A stretch of 64,000 nucleotides of DNA from an uncultured archaeon (GCA_937921685.1 CAKZUF010000020.1:52-64051); one strand, 5' to 3'; shown: positions 27,710 through 37,884, counted from the stretch's first letter. The notes: generated by a model not told the origin, from the letters alone. A program made the numbers and translations.

Positions 27710-29608
27710 TCAGGGTGACCAGCTGAGTACGCGGCACTTCCCATAGGGTATGAGGGCCTCGAAATCGCTTGGCCTGAGATGGCCTTCGGGTAGCCCTAGT
27801 ATTTCCCTGACCTTAGCTACGAGGGCTTTAGCCACATTAGAGGCATCTTCTTGGCCAGGAGATAATGCGGCGTAGACGACTGCCTCTCTCTTCACCCAGG
27901 ACTCTACGCCCATAATCGGGCCGAGCCTCTCAGAATACCCTATACATATTTGGAGGGGTACGTGGATGTAGTTTTTGGGCGGCTTGACGATAAAGGAGCC
28001 CCGGGGGAGGTACATCCCCTGCGGGGGGGTGAAGCTTATCTGATCCGGTGCGACCCAGTATACGGACATTGTTGAGAGCCCCTCCCGCCATGCACGGCTG
28101 AAAGATGCGCAGAGTATGGCGGCCTCGCGCAGCTCCTCTTCTCCCGCTCCCGCCCCGCCCTTCAGGATGGTGACAGGTGATCCCCTAACCTCTGCGTGTA
28201 AAACAATGTCGCCATTTTCCAAGTGTTTCTTCAGTAGCCGGATATTTGAGCTGGCATCTCTTCCGAGGACGATGAGTCTGCCCCCGCTCGTCATTGACCA
28301 TCGATACCTATGAAACCATTCTGTTTTCCGCCTCCTTATCTCAACAACCTCTACGACTTGAGGGGCTGGGATTGTGGATTTTAGGTGTATAGCCTTCGCT
28401 TCAAGCTCTGAGATCTCTCTGAGCAGGTTCTCTACACCCTTCATCGTCGTTTTAGCGTTTTTGAAGAGCCTGTCGATCTGGTCTGTGACAGGTTCCCTGA
28501 TGCTTAGTTGCACAGTCCTTCCATCGAGCTCGAGTATAGCTATGCCTGTGCTCTTGTCTAGAGACTTCACGACTCCACTTGGCGAGCCGCCCGCCTTAAT
28601 CTCCGCCCACAAATCCTTCAACTCGGCCAATCGCATATGAAGCAGGGATGCCAGCTCTCTGAGCTCCTGAGCCCTGAGCCTCAACTGGTTGGCAAGGGTC
28701 TTCTTCTCCGCGATCTCCTTTTCAATCCTCCGAACCTCCTCCTCTACTTTTTGTCTCTGCTCGGAGGCTTCAACCGCCCGGAGATAGGACTCGTAAACCA
28801 GGCTAACCGCTTCATTCAGACTGGTCGTGTGAACCTCCTCGAGGCCCTGCCTGCCTAGGTGGATGAGTGGGAATGGTGCAAACGCTACATATACGTCACC
28901 GGCCCGGTATGCTGTGGGTCTTGGGTTTTCAAGCAGCTTGAAGAGATATTCTACACCATCCGCAATCTTCTCTCTCTCCCAGGCGTCTAGTTCTGCAACC
29001 TTTTTCGACGGGTCGATCCCGGCCCTCGCCAAAACCTCGTTGGAGTATTTCGTACCCAGCCCGAGCTCTCTCGCAAGAGCCACCCCCACTTTTGTCCTCC
29101 CCTCCACACTCGAGAGCAGTGCAAGGGCGTCCTCACGACCTGAAACAGTGGCCTTCCTAGCAGGCCAAGAGTAGGGCTCACCCCTCCGCAGACTAGTTGA
29201 TAGAAGTACAACGTCCTTCTCATCCAAGAGGCTTACCCCCCCTCCGGGAAAGACCTCTACGATAAAGCCGTACACCGCCCCACCCCCCTCGAAGCGGAGC
29301 CTAGCTATCCTCTCACCTGTAACCTGCTCGAAAGACCTCAACATACAGCCCCTGAGATACTTTCTGAGGGAGGATGTGAAGTCGTCCAGCGGGCCGTGTG
29401 TCCGGTATACACCCGGAGCGAGGAAGATAGCCCTGCCGGGGACTATCTTTAGGTCCCTTACATCCTCCGGCCCCTTGAGCCTGAGGATATATGATGAGTC
29501 CACGCCTCTGTAGACCTGCGAGACGTACCTTGGCTGAGAACCACTAATCTCCCTCAGCAGGACGGATAGGTCTAGGCTGTTCATCTCGAATCTAGGCTTC
29601 TCTTGCAC
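27710..29608 (-). CDS. NFACT-family protein (archaeal RqcH/Rqc2/NEMF homolog, FbpA-like N-terminus plus DUF814)
   Basis: 632 aa with an N-terminal NFACT-N like region, a long central coiled coil, and a C-terminal NFACT-R/DUF814-like region ('YWVAPDQISFTPPQGMYLPRGSFIVK'). Confidence 0.7.
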   Translation of the reverse strand: MQEKPRFEMNSLDLSVLLREISGSQPRYVSQVYRGVDSSYILRLKGPEDVRDLKIVPGRAIFLAPGVYRTHGPLDDFTSSLRKYLRGCMLRSFEQVTGERIARLRFEGGGAVYGFIVEVFPGGGVSLLDEKDVVLLSTSLRRGEPYSWPARKATVSGREDALALLSSVEGRTKVGVALARELGLGTKYSNEVLARAGIDPSKKVAELDAWEREKIADGVEYLFKLLENPRPTAYRAGDVYVAFAPFPLIHLGRQGLEEVHTTSLNEAVSLVYESYLRAVEASEQRQKVEEEVRRIEKEIAEKKTLANQLRLRAQELRELASLLHMRLAELKDLWAEIKAGGSPSGVVKSLDKSTGIAILELDGRTVQLSIREPVTDQIDRLFKNAKTTMKGVENLLREISELEAKAIHLKSTIPAPQVVEVVEIRRRKTEWFHRYRWSMTSGGRLIVLGRDASSNIRLLKKHLENGDIVLHAEVRGSPVTILKGGAGAGEEELREAAILCASFSRAWREGLSTMSVYWVAPDQISFTPPQGMYLPRGSFIVKPPKNYIHVPLQICIGYSERLGPIMGVESWVKREAVVYAALSPGQEDASNVAKALVAKVREILGLPEGHLRPSDFEALIPYGKCRVLSWSP

Positions 29609-29642
29609 TGATAGTGATGTGTGGGCTCGTTTTTATCAAGAT

Positions 29643-30290
29643 TTAGGAGAGAGCCTGGAGAACGTGTTCGATGTAGTGTATTTCGGGGAGAGCGCCTTCA
29701 AACTCTATAATATCGTTAACTACCGTTTTAGGCACAGCCATCACCCGATACTTCTGAGCCAAATGTGGGAACTCTATGACCTCCACCATGTCGGCGACTA
29801 TTTTCGGATTCTCTAGGGCCATTTGGTGTGCGATTCTAACGGCGCGTGGGCAGTAGGGACATGTGGGGGTTACGAAGACCTGTATGTGTAGGGGCTTATC
29901 CACCGACTTGACCATCTCGAGGGCCCGGGGCGAGAGCCTAGACCTACCCCTCGAGACGTCCACGATGTCTTCCAGTAGGGTGGTAAACTCGTATCCGCTG
30001 GGGACCCCGAAGAAGCGTATCCACGACTCCCTCTCACCTAGGAGGATTGTTGCCGGTATCTTGTCAACACGCCACCTCTCAGCCAAGTCTCTGTCACGCT
30101 CCAAGTCGTATACCTCTAAGCTCAGATTTCCATTAAGCTCTGCCACCTCGCTCAAGAGACGCCTAGTGACCTCGCAATACTCACACTCTATCTCCTGCGT
30201 GAAGTACAGTATCCGGACATTTGAAACCACTTCTTCGCTTAGCTTCCTCTTCACAAATTCCCTGTCGCGCGGCTTGAGAATCGAGCTCAC
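29643..30290 (-). CDS. Protein disulfide oxidoreductase (two thioredoxin-fold units)
   Basis: Two CxxC active sites, 'CEYC' and 'CPYC', in a ~215-aa protein. Confidence 0.8.
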   Translation of the reverse strand: MSSILKPRDREFVKRKLSEEVVSNVRILYFTQEIECEYCEVTRRLLSEVAELNGNLSLEVYDLERDRDLAERWRVDKIPATILLGERESWIRFFGVPSGYEFTTLLEDIVDVSRGRSRLSPRALEMVKSVDKPLHIQVFVTPTCPYCPRAVRIAHQMALENPKIVADMVEVIEFPHLAQKYRVMAVPKTVVNDIIEFEGALPEIHYIEHVLQALS

Positions 30291-30383
30291 GGCATAGACA
30301 CCCTACTACAAGCCTATAACCATTATCTAGGACCTCAACATTGGAGCCAAGGATTAAATTATGACGAGAATATCCAATTTCGA

Positions 30384-32423
30384 ATGGTTGTAGAACGGCT
30401 GCTGAAGGCGACTGTGGTGGCGCCGTCGAGTAGGGCGCAAGACCTTTTAAAGGCACTGGTCCGTTTCGGAGAGTTTCACCCCGCCTCACACGAGGACCAA
30501 AAACTTGCAAGGAGGCTTGAGCCGCTATATGAGCGGGCGAGAAGGGTCTTCCTTGAACTCGAGGCTGCGGCTAGGGAGCTGGAGGTGGAGGCTGGAGGCG
30601 GTGTAATAGAGGTTCTCCTAAAGGGAGAGCCTGAGCCCGAGAGTATAAGTGTCAAGGATCTGGAGGATCTTTTGGACTCCCTCTCAAACCGAGCCCAGCC
30701 CATCCTCTCAGAGCTGAAAGAGCTTAACAAGAGGATGGAGGAGATTAGGCCGGAGATTGAGAGGCTGGAGAGGGAGAGGGCCAGGCTCTCCATATACGTC
30801 CAGCTAGGCCTAGATCTTTCAAGAATATCGCGGCTCAGACACATATATGCTGCGGCATTCATAGCCTCGACTCGAGACATAGATGAGATAACGAAGTCGC
30901 TTGAGGAGGCGACGGTCGCCTTTAAGCCAATACAGAAAGACACGACACTCATACTCGTTGTGTCAAAACCCCTGCATCGAGAGAGGGTGGAGAGGGTTCT
31001 GAGGACATTTAACCTTACACCAGTCGATGTGAGGGTTGATGAGCCTCTCGAGAAGCTCTCTGAGAAGCTTAGGGATGTTGAGGGGAGGCTTGTTGGGCTG
31101 AGAGCTGAGGCCGAGAGTGTAGAGGTGAGGAAGAGATGGATCAGGGAGGAGAGGGGGCGGGAGATTGCCACACTGAGGATGCTTGCGCAGAGCATAATCG
31201 ACTCTGTCCAGAGGATTAGGGGGGAGAGAGGCAGGCTGATGGTCCTGGAGGGTTATGTCCCTGAGAGGCTGAGCGGAGACTTCATCCGAGAGGTAGGTGG
31301 CATGGCTTACGTCCAATTGTCTCCAACCACCCATCACCATGGCTCGGAGGAAAAAATGCCTCCAACCCGCCTCAAGAATAACTGGATTACAGAGTCTTTC
31401 AGGCCTGTAACACTCATCCAAGGACCACCATCCTACTACGAGGTAGACCCAACGCCGTTCGTCTCAATCTTCCTATCAGTGTTCTATGGAATCATGTTCG
31501 CAGACTTGGGGCAGGGCCTAGTCCTAACCCTCCTCGGCCTCATTCTCTCCATAAGGGCTAAGAGCGGCTTGAGGCTCTGGGGTCGCCTCATAATGATGCT
31601 GGGGATATCGTCATCGGTTGCTGGCTTCTTTATACAAGAGGCGTTCGGGTTCAAGCTCTCGCCGGTAACCGGGATGAAGCCTATACTAGAGCTGATTGAA
31701 CATCATGGCGAGTCAGCAGCTATCAGCTCGGAAGCCGTAATCAAGCTCTTCACATTCGCCCCACTCTTAGGTTTCATTCACGTCTCAATCGGCCTAGCTG
31801 TCTCAGCCTATATTCTATTTAAGCACGGCGAGGTGGGGGAGGTCATCTTCTCCAAGGTAGCATCACTCGGAATGTATGTGTGCGGCCTCCTCTTCGCTCT
31901 CGCATTCATCACTACACGCGGCTTCGAGACCCTACTCACGAGTAGCCAGCCAGTCCCACTTCTGGGGCTTCCAGCCAGCATCGTAGGAGCCGTAGGAGTT
32001 TACGGCCTGTTGACCGCCATGGCACTAATCGCGGGGGGTAGAATTATAGGATCATTCATAGGCCTCTTTCCGCGGGGAAGCCTTCTCGGGCATTTCGGAA
32101 CAGGGCTTCTTGAAATACTTGAAAACATAATCCACTTCATGTCGAACACCCTCAGCTATCTCAGGATCTCTATACTCATGATAATTCACGTGGCTTTGAT
32201 GCTTTTGATTAACTCGGCCTGGGAGGCGCTAGGCCTAGCCTCTATAGGAATCCTCGTGATCGGTAACATAGGGGTGATGGGTCTTGAGGGGCTGCTCGTC
32301 TTCATACAGGCGCTGAGGCTCCACCTCTACGAGTTCTTCACCAAATTCTTCACCGGTGAGGGTGTACTCTTTAAACCACTCTCACTTAACTCTGAGAGGG
32401 TGAGGGTGGTTTTCAGAGACTAG
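30384..32423 (+). CDS. atpI: A/V-type ATP synthase subunit I (a-subunit)
   Basis: 679 aa with an N-terminal hydrophilic coiled coil and a C-terminal TM domain ending 'LRLHLYEFFTKFF' (the conserved Arg region). Confidence 0.8.
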   Translation: MVVERLLKATVVAPSSRAQDLLKALVRFGEFHPASHEDQKLARRLEPLYERARRVFLELEAAARELEVEAGGGVIEVLLKGEPEPESISVKDLEDLLDSLSNRAQPILSELKELNKRMEEIRPEIERLERERARLSIYVQLGLDLSRISRLRHIYAAAFIASTRDIDEITKSLEEATVAFKPIQKDTTLILVVSKPLHRERVERVLRTFNLTPVDVRVDEPLEKLSEKLRDVEGRLVGLRAEAESVEVRKRWIREERGREIATLRMLAQSIIDSVQRIRGERGRLMVLEGYVPERLSGDFIREVGGMAYVQLSPTTHHHGSEEKMPPTRLKNNWITESFRPVTLIQGPPSYYEVDPTPFVSIFLSVFYGIMFADLGQGLVLTLLGLILSIRAKSGLRLWGRLIMMLGISSSVAGFFIQEAFGFKLSPVTGMKPILELIEHHGESAAISSEAVIKLFTFAPLLGFIHVSIGLAVSAYILFKHGEVGEVIFSKVASLGMYVCGLLFALAFITTRGFETLLTSSQPVPLLGLPASIVGAVGVYGLLTAMALIAGGRIIGSFIGLFPRGSLLGHFGTGLLEILENIIHFMSNTLSYLRISILMIIHVALMLLINSAWEALGLASIGILVIGNIGVMGLEGLLVFIQALRLHLYEFFTKFFTGEGVLFKPLSLNSERVRVVFRD

Positions 32424-32481
32424 GACGGCGCGGCCCTGTTTAATCTTTAGACAAGATTTCTTCTAATCTTGGAAATGAGGC

Positions 32482-33714
32482 ATGCAAATATACTCCTGGG
32501 TTAGGATTGTAGTAGGTGCCTTGCTGGCGCTCAAGGGTGGAAAACCGGTCCGCTCAGAGCCGTTTCCCGGCTGGCCGGTCTGGGGTAGGGAGGAAGAGGA
32601 GATGCTCCTATCGGTACTGAGGTCAGGGGTTTGGGGGCTGGGCGGCCAGATGGTGAAGCGATTCGGAGAGGAATTTGCAGGCTATGTAGGATGCAGATAC
32701 GGCGTCTCCTGCATGAACGGGACCACGGCCTTGAAGATAGCTCTGAGAGCACTCGGCGTGGGCCCCGGCGACAGAGTTGTGACCACGCCCTACACGTTCC
32801 TCGCAACCTCTTCAGTAGTATTAGAGCTTGGGGCTATACCACTCTATGTCGACGTGGTGGAGGGCGGGGTGAACATAGACTCCAGACTTGTATGGGAGTC
32901 GGTTGACGACGGCGTCAAGGCCATCCTGCCAGTCCATGTAGGGGGGCATCCTGTGGAGATGGATCTGATTGTAAAGGCCTCGGAGAGCATGGGCGTGCCT
33001 GTGGTCGAGGATGCCGCTGAGGCTCATGGTGCTGAGTGGAGGGGTAGGAGAGTGGGGAGCCTAGGTGTTATGGGGTGTTTTAGCTTCCAGTCCAGCAAAG
33101 TCATGACTAGCGGTGAGGGTGGGATAATCACGCTGAACGACCCGGAGCTTGCAGAGACCTGCAACTCACTTGTAAACTGTGGACGGGCCCCTAACAGGGA
33201 CTGGCACGAGGGCGACCTTCTAGGCTATAATTACAGGATGACAGAGTTCCAAGCAGCCATACTCTTAGCCCAGCTAAGGAGGCTGGACGAGCAGATTGAG
33301 AGGCGTCAGAGAAACTTTGAGGAGCTGACTAGACTCTGCAGGGACTTGGAGGGGTTCAGGCTAATTAAGCCGCCAGAAGGGACTGATAGGACCCCCCACT
33401 ACCTCGTAATTATTCAGGCAGAAAGAGAGTACTTTAAGAATGTCTCCAAGCAGAAAATTGTGGAGGCACTCCGCGCCGAGGGGATACCTGCCTCGGTCGG
33501 ATGGCCCGTACCACTATACCGCTTTCCACCAATCAAGAGGTATCTCGAGCATCACGGTATCAGAATCAGCCCGGACGAGTTTCCCAACACGGAGAGAGCG
33601 GCAGCCGAGTATCTCTTCGTGCACCACAGGGTGCTGTTAGGTGGTCATAGAGAGGTGGAGGATGTTTACAAGGCCTTAAAGAAGGTTGAGCAGCATGCCG
33701 GTGATATGGCGTGA
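32482..33714 (+). CDS. DegT/DnrJ/EryC1/StrS-family PLP-dependent sugar aminotransferase (WbpE-like)
   Basis: 'SFQSSKVMTSGEGG' is the PLP-lysine motif. 410 aa. Confidence 0.85.
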   Translation: MQIYSWVRIVVGALLALKGGKPVRSEPFPGWPVWGREEEEMLLSVLRSGVWGLGGQMVKRFGEEFAGYVGCRYGVSCMNGTTALKIALRALGVGPGDRVVTTPYTFLATSSVVLELGAIPLYVDVVEGGVNIDSRLVWESVDDGVKAILPVHVGGHPVEMDLIVKASESMGVPVVEDAAEAHGAEWRGRRVGSLGVMGCFSFQSSKVMTSGEGGIITLNDPELAETCNSLVNCGRAPNRDWHEGDLLGYNYRMTEFQAAILLAQLRRLDEQIERRQRNFEELTRLCRDLEGFRLIKPPEGTDRTPHYLVIIQAEREYFKNVSKQKIVEALRAEGIPASVGWPVPLYRFPPIKRYLEHHGIRISPDEFPNTERAAAEYLFVHHRVLLGGHREVEDVYKALKKVEQHAGDMA

Positions 33715-34961
33715 ATCTTCTAGTCTTCGAGGATGAGGCTTGGCGTAACTTTAAACAGCTCACGTATATGAGACCCGTCTACCGGATATTCACGCCCAAC
33801 GGCCCCATCATAGGAAGCATTTTGAAAAACTTCAGGGATGTCAAGGTATACGCCTATGCGAGGGAATACTTGTCGAGGGTGGAGAATGAGCGCAACCCCC
33901 ACATGAAATTCAATTCAAGACCTGACCAAGATGATGAAGCCCTAATGATCAACGGTCTGGCGAGGAGGCCTGAGCTAGTAGCTTCGCTTACAGAGAAAAC
34001 CGCAGGGCGCGAGTTTATACTCTTAGCCAAGGGCAGGTTTTTAGCAGCTAGGCTTAGGGGTGAGAGGGTTGCAGGGGTTGAGAAGCCCGGCGACATTCTG
34101 GAGAGGCTGGCCTCGCTAGTGGGCGTCGTCGAGACACTCGAAGCCCCTGCCGATAGCATATACCAGTATCCCTGGGAGGTTTTAGACGACCAGCAGGTAT
34201 CGGTTCCTCGTGTGGTTGAAACGCTTCAGCTTGACAATCGGGTTGCAGTCCTCGGCGACCCTGCAAACATGTCTATTCCGGCAAGCTGTGAGATTGAGCC
34301 CTTCACCGTAATCGATACGCGGAGGGGGCCTGTCATTCTGGGCGAGGGCGTGAAGGTTGAGTCGGGGACTAAGTTGATAGGACCGTGCGTGATTGGTGAG
34401 GACTCGATAGTCTATGGCGGGAGGGTGGGGCCGCATATCTACACCGGCCCAGTCTGCCGCATATCAGCAGAGATAGAATACACCATAATGTATGGCTACA
34501 GCAATAAGCACCACTACGGATACATTGGACACTCCATTATCGGGGAGTGGGTCAACATAGCTGCTGGAACTACTACGTCAAACCTCAAAACGACATATGG
34601 TGAGATAAAAGTAGTCATGGGCGACGAGACCATACACACGGGGAGACAATTCCTAGGTGCAGTGATAGGTGACCATGTACGGACGATGATCGACACGTCC
34701 ATAATGACGGGAAAGCTGGTCGGGCCCTTCAACGTCCTGAGCGGCGTAGTCGCCAAAAATATTCCACCCTTCACAGGCATCAGTTTCACTAGAGAGATGT
34801 ATGAGCTTGAGCTGGAGGCGGAGCTTAGAGTCGTGGGGAGAATGATGAAGAGGAGGGGCTTAAAGCCTAGTGAAAATTACCTCGAGCTTATAAGGTATCT
34901 CTACGAGCTAACTAGGCCTGAAAGGCTGGGTCATCTGGGGCACCGAAGCGACCACCCTTGA
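33711..34961 (+). CDS. Left-handed beta-helix (hexapeptide-repeat) acyltransferase with an N-terminal nucleotidyltransferase-like domain (WbpD/GlmU-like)
   Basis: Hexapeptide repeats occupy aa ~230-350. It has a GTG start and overlaps the preceding stop. Confidence 0.55.
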   Translation: MNLLVFEDEAWRNFKQLTYMRPVYRIFTPNGPIIGSILKNFRDVKVYAYAREYLSRVENERNPHMKFNSRPDQDDEALMINGLARRPELVASLTEKTAGREFILLAKGRFLAARLRGERVAGVEKPGDILERLASLVGVVETLEAPADSIYQYPWEVLDDQQVSVPRVVETLQLDNRVAVLGDPANMSIPASCEIEPFTVIDTRRGPVILGEGVKVESGTKLIGPCVIGEDSIVYGGRVGPHIYTGPVCRISAEIEYTIMYGYSNKHHYGYIGHSIIGEWVNIAAGTTTSNLKTTYGEIKVVMGDETIHTGRQFLGAVIGDHVRTMIDTSIMTGKLVGPFNVLSGVVAKNIPPFTGISFTREMYELELEAELRVVGRMMKRRGLKPSENYLELIRYLYELTRPERLGHLGHRSDHP

Positions 34962-36235
34962 GAGGCAGGCCCCGCTTCATACTGGTCGGATGCGGCCTAA
35001 TGGGTAAGAGACACATAGGGGGGCTGGCAGAGGCTAGGCGGCACGGTCTTTGCGATGCGAGACTTACAGGCGTTATAGATAAGGTACCAGAGAGGGCCTC
35101 CGAAGCCGCAGAGCTTGCTGAGAGGCTGCTTGGTGAAAGACCGGTGGCTTTCAACTCGTTGGAGGATGCCGTGAAAGGCGTCGAGTTCGAGGCCGCCGAC
35201 GTATGTACGGAGCCCGCCTCGCACCACTTAGTCGCGGAGCCTCTCCTAGAGGCTGGGGTTAGCTGTCTAGTGGAAAAGCCCCTCTCAGTAACTGTGAGGG
35301 GTTGTCGGCGAATCTTGGACGCCTCGCTTAAGGGTGGAGCAGTACTGGCAGTTGCCGAGAATTATAGGAGAGACCCCGTCAACAGGCTTGCCAAGGCCGT
35401 CATAGATGGTGGCGAGCTGGGCGGTTGGATTGGCGCGCTGCAGATAATCGCTGGTGGAGGGGATGCCGTGCTATTATCGCCATGGCGGCATAGGCTATCG
35501 GGAGGAATATTAATCGACCTTTGCTGCCACTATATGGACCTCTACAACTATTTTTTCGGGACACCTGAGAGAGTATCTGGGTTCGCCACACTCCTCAGAA
35601 AGGTGAGATACGTGAGGGAGGTAGGAGGTGAGGTGGTTAAGAAGACTCCAGTTGAGGCTGAGGCTGAAGACTTCCTTGACGCAATCCTCCACTACGGGGA
35701 CAATCGCGTTGCTAAGTTTGTCACAAACCTTGCCGTCTCAGGCGATGGTATTTGGCGCAGGTTCATCTTCTTTGAGGGTGGATCATTGGAGATACCCATG
35801 GAGAGGACGGGGGAGCCGCTGAAAATCTCCAAGCCTCTTGACGAAGACTATCTAGCATTGATGCCCCATACAGCCTTCCTAGGCCAGAAGCCGGGTGAGC
35901 CCTACAAGGTCCCACCAGCCGCGGCAGAGGAGATCTATGACAGGGAGACTAGAATCCTCTTTCCCGGGATACTTAACGGATACAGAATGAGCTTCTGGGA
36001 GGCGGACAGCAGACTTATAGCGCTGGAGCTCGTCGACTTCTTCCGCTGCGTGGAGGAGGGAGGAGTTCCAGAGACTGGTGGAAGGGAGGGAATGCTCTCA
36101 GTAGCTATGGTTGCTGCCGCCCTAGAATCATCCTATATGGGGAGAAGCATCAGGCTCGAGGATGTTTTGAGCCTCGGAGTTGAGGGCTATCAGGCTAGGA
36201 TAAACCGGGAAATAGGGCTAATTTCAGATAAATAG
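34958..36235 (+). CDS. Gfo/Idh/MocA-family NAD(P)-dependent oxidoreductase (WbpB-like)
   Basis: Rossmann N-terminus 'RFILVGCGLMGKRH'. It has a TTG start and overlaps the preceding stop. Confidence 0.8.
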   Translation: MRGRPRFILVGCGLMGKRHIGGLAEARRHGLCDARLTGVIDKVPERASEAAELAERLLGERPVAFNSLEDAVKGVEFEAADVCTEPASHHLVAEPLLEAGVSCLVEKPLSVTVRGCRRILDASLKGGAVLAVAENYRRDPVNRLAKAVIDGGELGGWIGALQIIAGGGDAVLLSPWRHRLSGGILIDLCCHYMDLYNYFFGTPERVSGFATLLRKVRYVREVGGEVVKKTPVEAEAEDFLDAILHYGDNRVAKFVTNLAVSGDGIWRRFIFFEGGSLEIPMERTGEPLKISKPLDEDYLALMPHTAFLGQKPGEPYKVPPAAAEEIYDRETRILFPGILNGYRMSFWEADSRLIALELVDFFRCVEEGGVPETGGREGMLSVAMVAAALESSYMGRSIRLEDVLSLGVEGYQARINREIGLISDK

Positions 36236-36255
36236 AGGAGGATGGACCGTAAAGT

Positions 36256-36882
36256 ATGGTTATGGAGATAACAGTAGGTGTGGCGTCTTTTCAGGGAGAC
36301 GTTGAAGAACATCTAGCCGCGTTGAGAGAGGCTTTGAAGAAAACGGGGGTCAGAGGCACCGTATCCACTACGAGGCTGCCGGAAGAGGTTGAGAGCGTGG
36401 ACGCCGTGGTGATCCCAGGTGGTGAGAGCACGGTTATAGCGAAGCTCTCAAGCTACAAAAAATCCCTAGACGTGCTTAAGAGCAGGATTAGTGAGGGGCT
36501 GCCGGTGCTCGGGACGTGTGCAGGCCTGATAATGCTCGCCAGTAGGGTTTACGACCGCGTCGTCGGGGAGACTGGACAGCCGGTCCTCGGAGTCCTAGAC
36601 ATACTTGTCGAGCGCAACACCTATGGTAGGCAGAGAGACTCCTTCGAGGCTCAGATCGATATCCCTGCCCTGGGGTTGAAGTCGTTCAGGGCAGTCTTCA
36701 TAAGGGCGCCCGCAATACTCGAGACAGGCCCCGGTGTAGAGGTTCTTGCCAGCCTAGCAAACAGGCCCGTAGCGGTGAGACAGGGAAACATATTGGGGAC
36801 AACATTCCACCCCGAGCTATCGGGAAGCACAGCGTTCCACGAGGAGCTTATAAGGCTCGCAACCGTCTACAAGTCTCGATGA
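36256..36882 (+). CDS. pdxT: Pyridoxal 5'-phosphate synthase glutaminase subunit PdxT
   Basis: 'GTCAGLIML' (catalytic Cys) and 'GTTFHPELS' (His/Glu). No pdxS is adjacent. Confidence 0.85.
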   Translation: MVMEITVGVASFQGDVEEHLAALREALKKTGVRGTVSTTRLPEEVESVDAVVIPGGESTVIAKLSSYKKSLDVLKSRISEGLPVLGTCAGLIMLASRVYDRVVGETGQPVLGVLDILVERNTYGRQRDSFEAQIDIPALGLKSFRAVFIRAPAILETGPGVEVLASLANRPVAVRQGNILGTTFHPELSGSTAFHEELIRLATVYKSR

Positions 36883-36930
36883 GCCGCATCATGGTAAAAT
36901 AAAGGGAGTAGGCGAGGGTCATTAGAGAGG

Positions 36931-37251
36931 TTGGGAATAAAGATGCTTGAGAAGCTGTCAGAGAAGAGAAACGACGTGATCGGTAGAAGCGAGCTTAAGC
37001 TCTCGGCCACGGTTGAGGGCGGCACCCCGAGCAAAGGGGATGTCCTCAAGGCTGTCTCAGATTGGCTGAGAGTCGAGGCCAACAGGATATCTGTCGTGAA
37101 GATAGAGCCTAGCTTCGGCTCATCGAGAGCACTCATACATGTCAGGGTATACGACTCACCACAGACATTGACGTATTTCGAGCCTCGCTATAGGCTTGTC
37201 AGACAGGGCGTGATTCAGGGTGATAAAGTCAAGGGAAAGGCAGCGGCATAA
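36931..37251 (+). CDS. rps24e: 30S ribosomal protein S24e
   Basis: ~106 aa, 'LIGRSELKL...FEPRYRLVRQG'. Confidence 0.8.
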   Translation: MGIKMLEKLSEKRNDVIGRSELKLSATVEGGTPSKGDVLKAVSDWLRVEANRISVVKIEPSFGSSRALIHVRVYDSPQTLTYFEPRYRLVRQGVIQGDKVKGKAAA

Positions 37252-37323
37252 AAGGCTGCAGACACGTAATCATTGGATATGTATTTAAGTAATCGCCATT
37301 TTTCATAGGTCAGGTGACCTCAG

Positions 37324-37671
37324 TTGGCAATGCCTGAGCCGGAGGACGAGGAGCTTGAGGAGATTCGGAGGAGGAAGATGGCTGAGCTACAGGCTCGTGC
37401 AGCACAGGAGGAGGCTAGAAGGAGAGCTGAGGCGGAGAAGGCAGCCATACTACGCGTAGTCTTGACGCAGGAGGCCCGGCAGAGGCTTGCAAACATCAAG
37501 ATGGCGCGGCCAGATGTGGCTGAGGCGGTGGAAAATTATCTGGTAAACCTCGCCCGGTCAGGTAGCATTAAGTCCCAGATCACCGACGACCTCCTCAGAC
37601 AGATTCTAGAAAAGGTGATGCCTCCAAAGAGGGAGACTAGGATAGTGAGGATGAGCAGGGACGAGTTGTAG
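37324..37671 (+). CDS. PDCD5/TFAR19-family dsDNA-binding protein
   Basis: 115 aa with a charged N-terminus; '[32 protein letters not shown]' resembles PF01984. Confidence 0.6.
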   Translation: MAMPEPEDEELEEIRRRKMAELQARAAQEEARRRAEAEKAAILRVVLTQEARQRLANIKMARPDVAEAVENYLVNLARSGSIKSQITDDLLRQILEKVMPPKRETRIVRMSRDEL

Positions 37672-37720
37672 TCTCTAATACTCATATAGAGCTGGCTTAC
37701 AAGCTAATAGGTGAGTAGGG

Positions 37721-37873
37721 ATGGCTAAGACTCTTCCGCTTAAGAAGCGTCTCGCCTCAGCTCTGAAGAGGGCCGAGAATGTCCCTGCCTGGATAATCCT
37801 TAGGACTGGGGGGGAGATCAGGGCAAGCCGTAGGCGGAGAAACTGGCGTCACTCAAGCCCCATTAAGCCATAG
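37721..37873 (+). CDS. rpl39e: 50S ribosomal protein L39e (a small gene, 50 aa, absent from the ORF track)
   Basis: The translation is MAKTLPLKKRLASALKRAENVPAWIILRTGGEIRASRRRRNWRHSSPIKP. Confidence 0.8.
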   Translation: MAKTLPLKKRLASALKRAENVPAWIILRTGGEIRASRRRRNWRHSSPIKP

Positions 37874-37884
37874 GTGATGACTAC

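Noticed and set aside
30476-31421. Long antisense ORFs (239 aa, 152 aa) opposite atpI
   Set aside because: They have Ser/Leu-rich low-complexity translations antisense to the coiled-coil region of subunit I. This is a typical shadow ORF of an AGG/GAG-rich coding strand.
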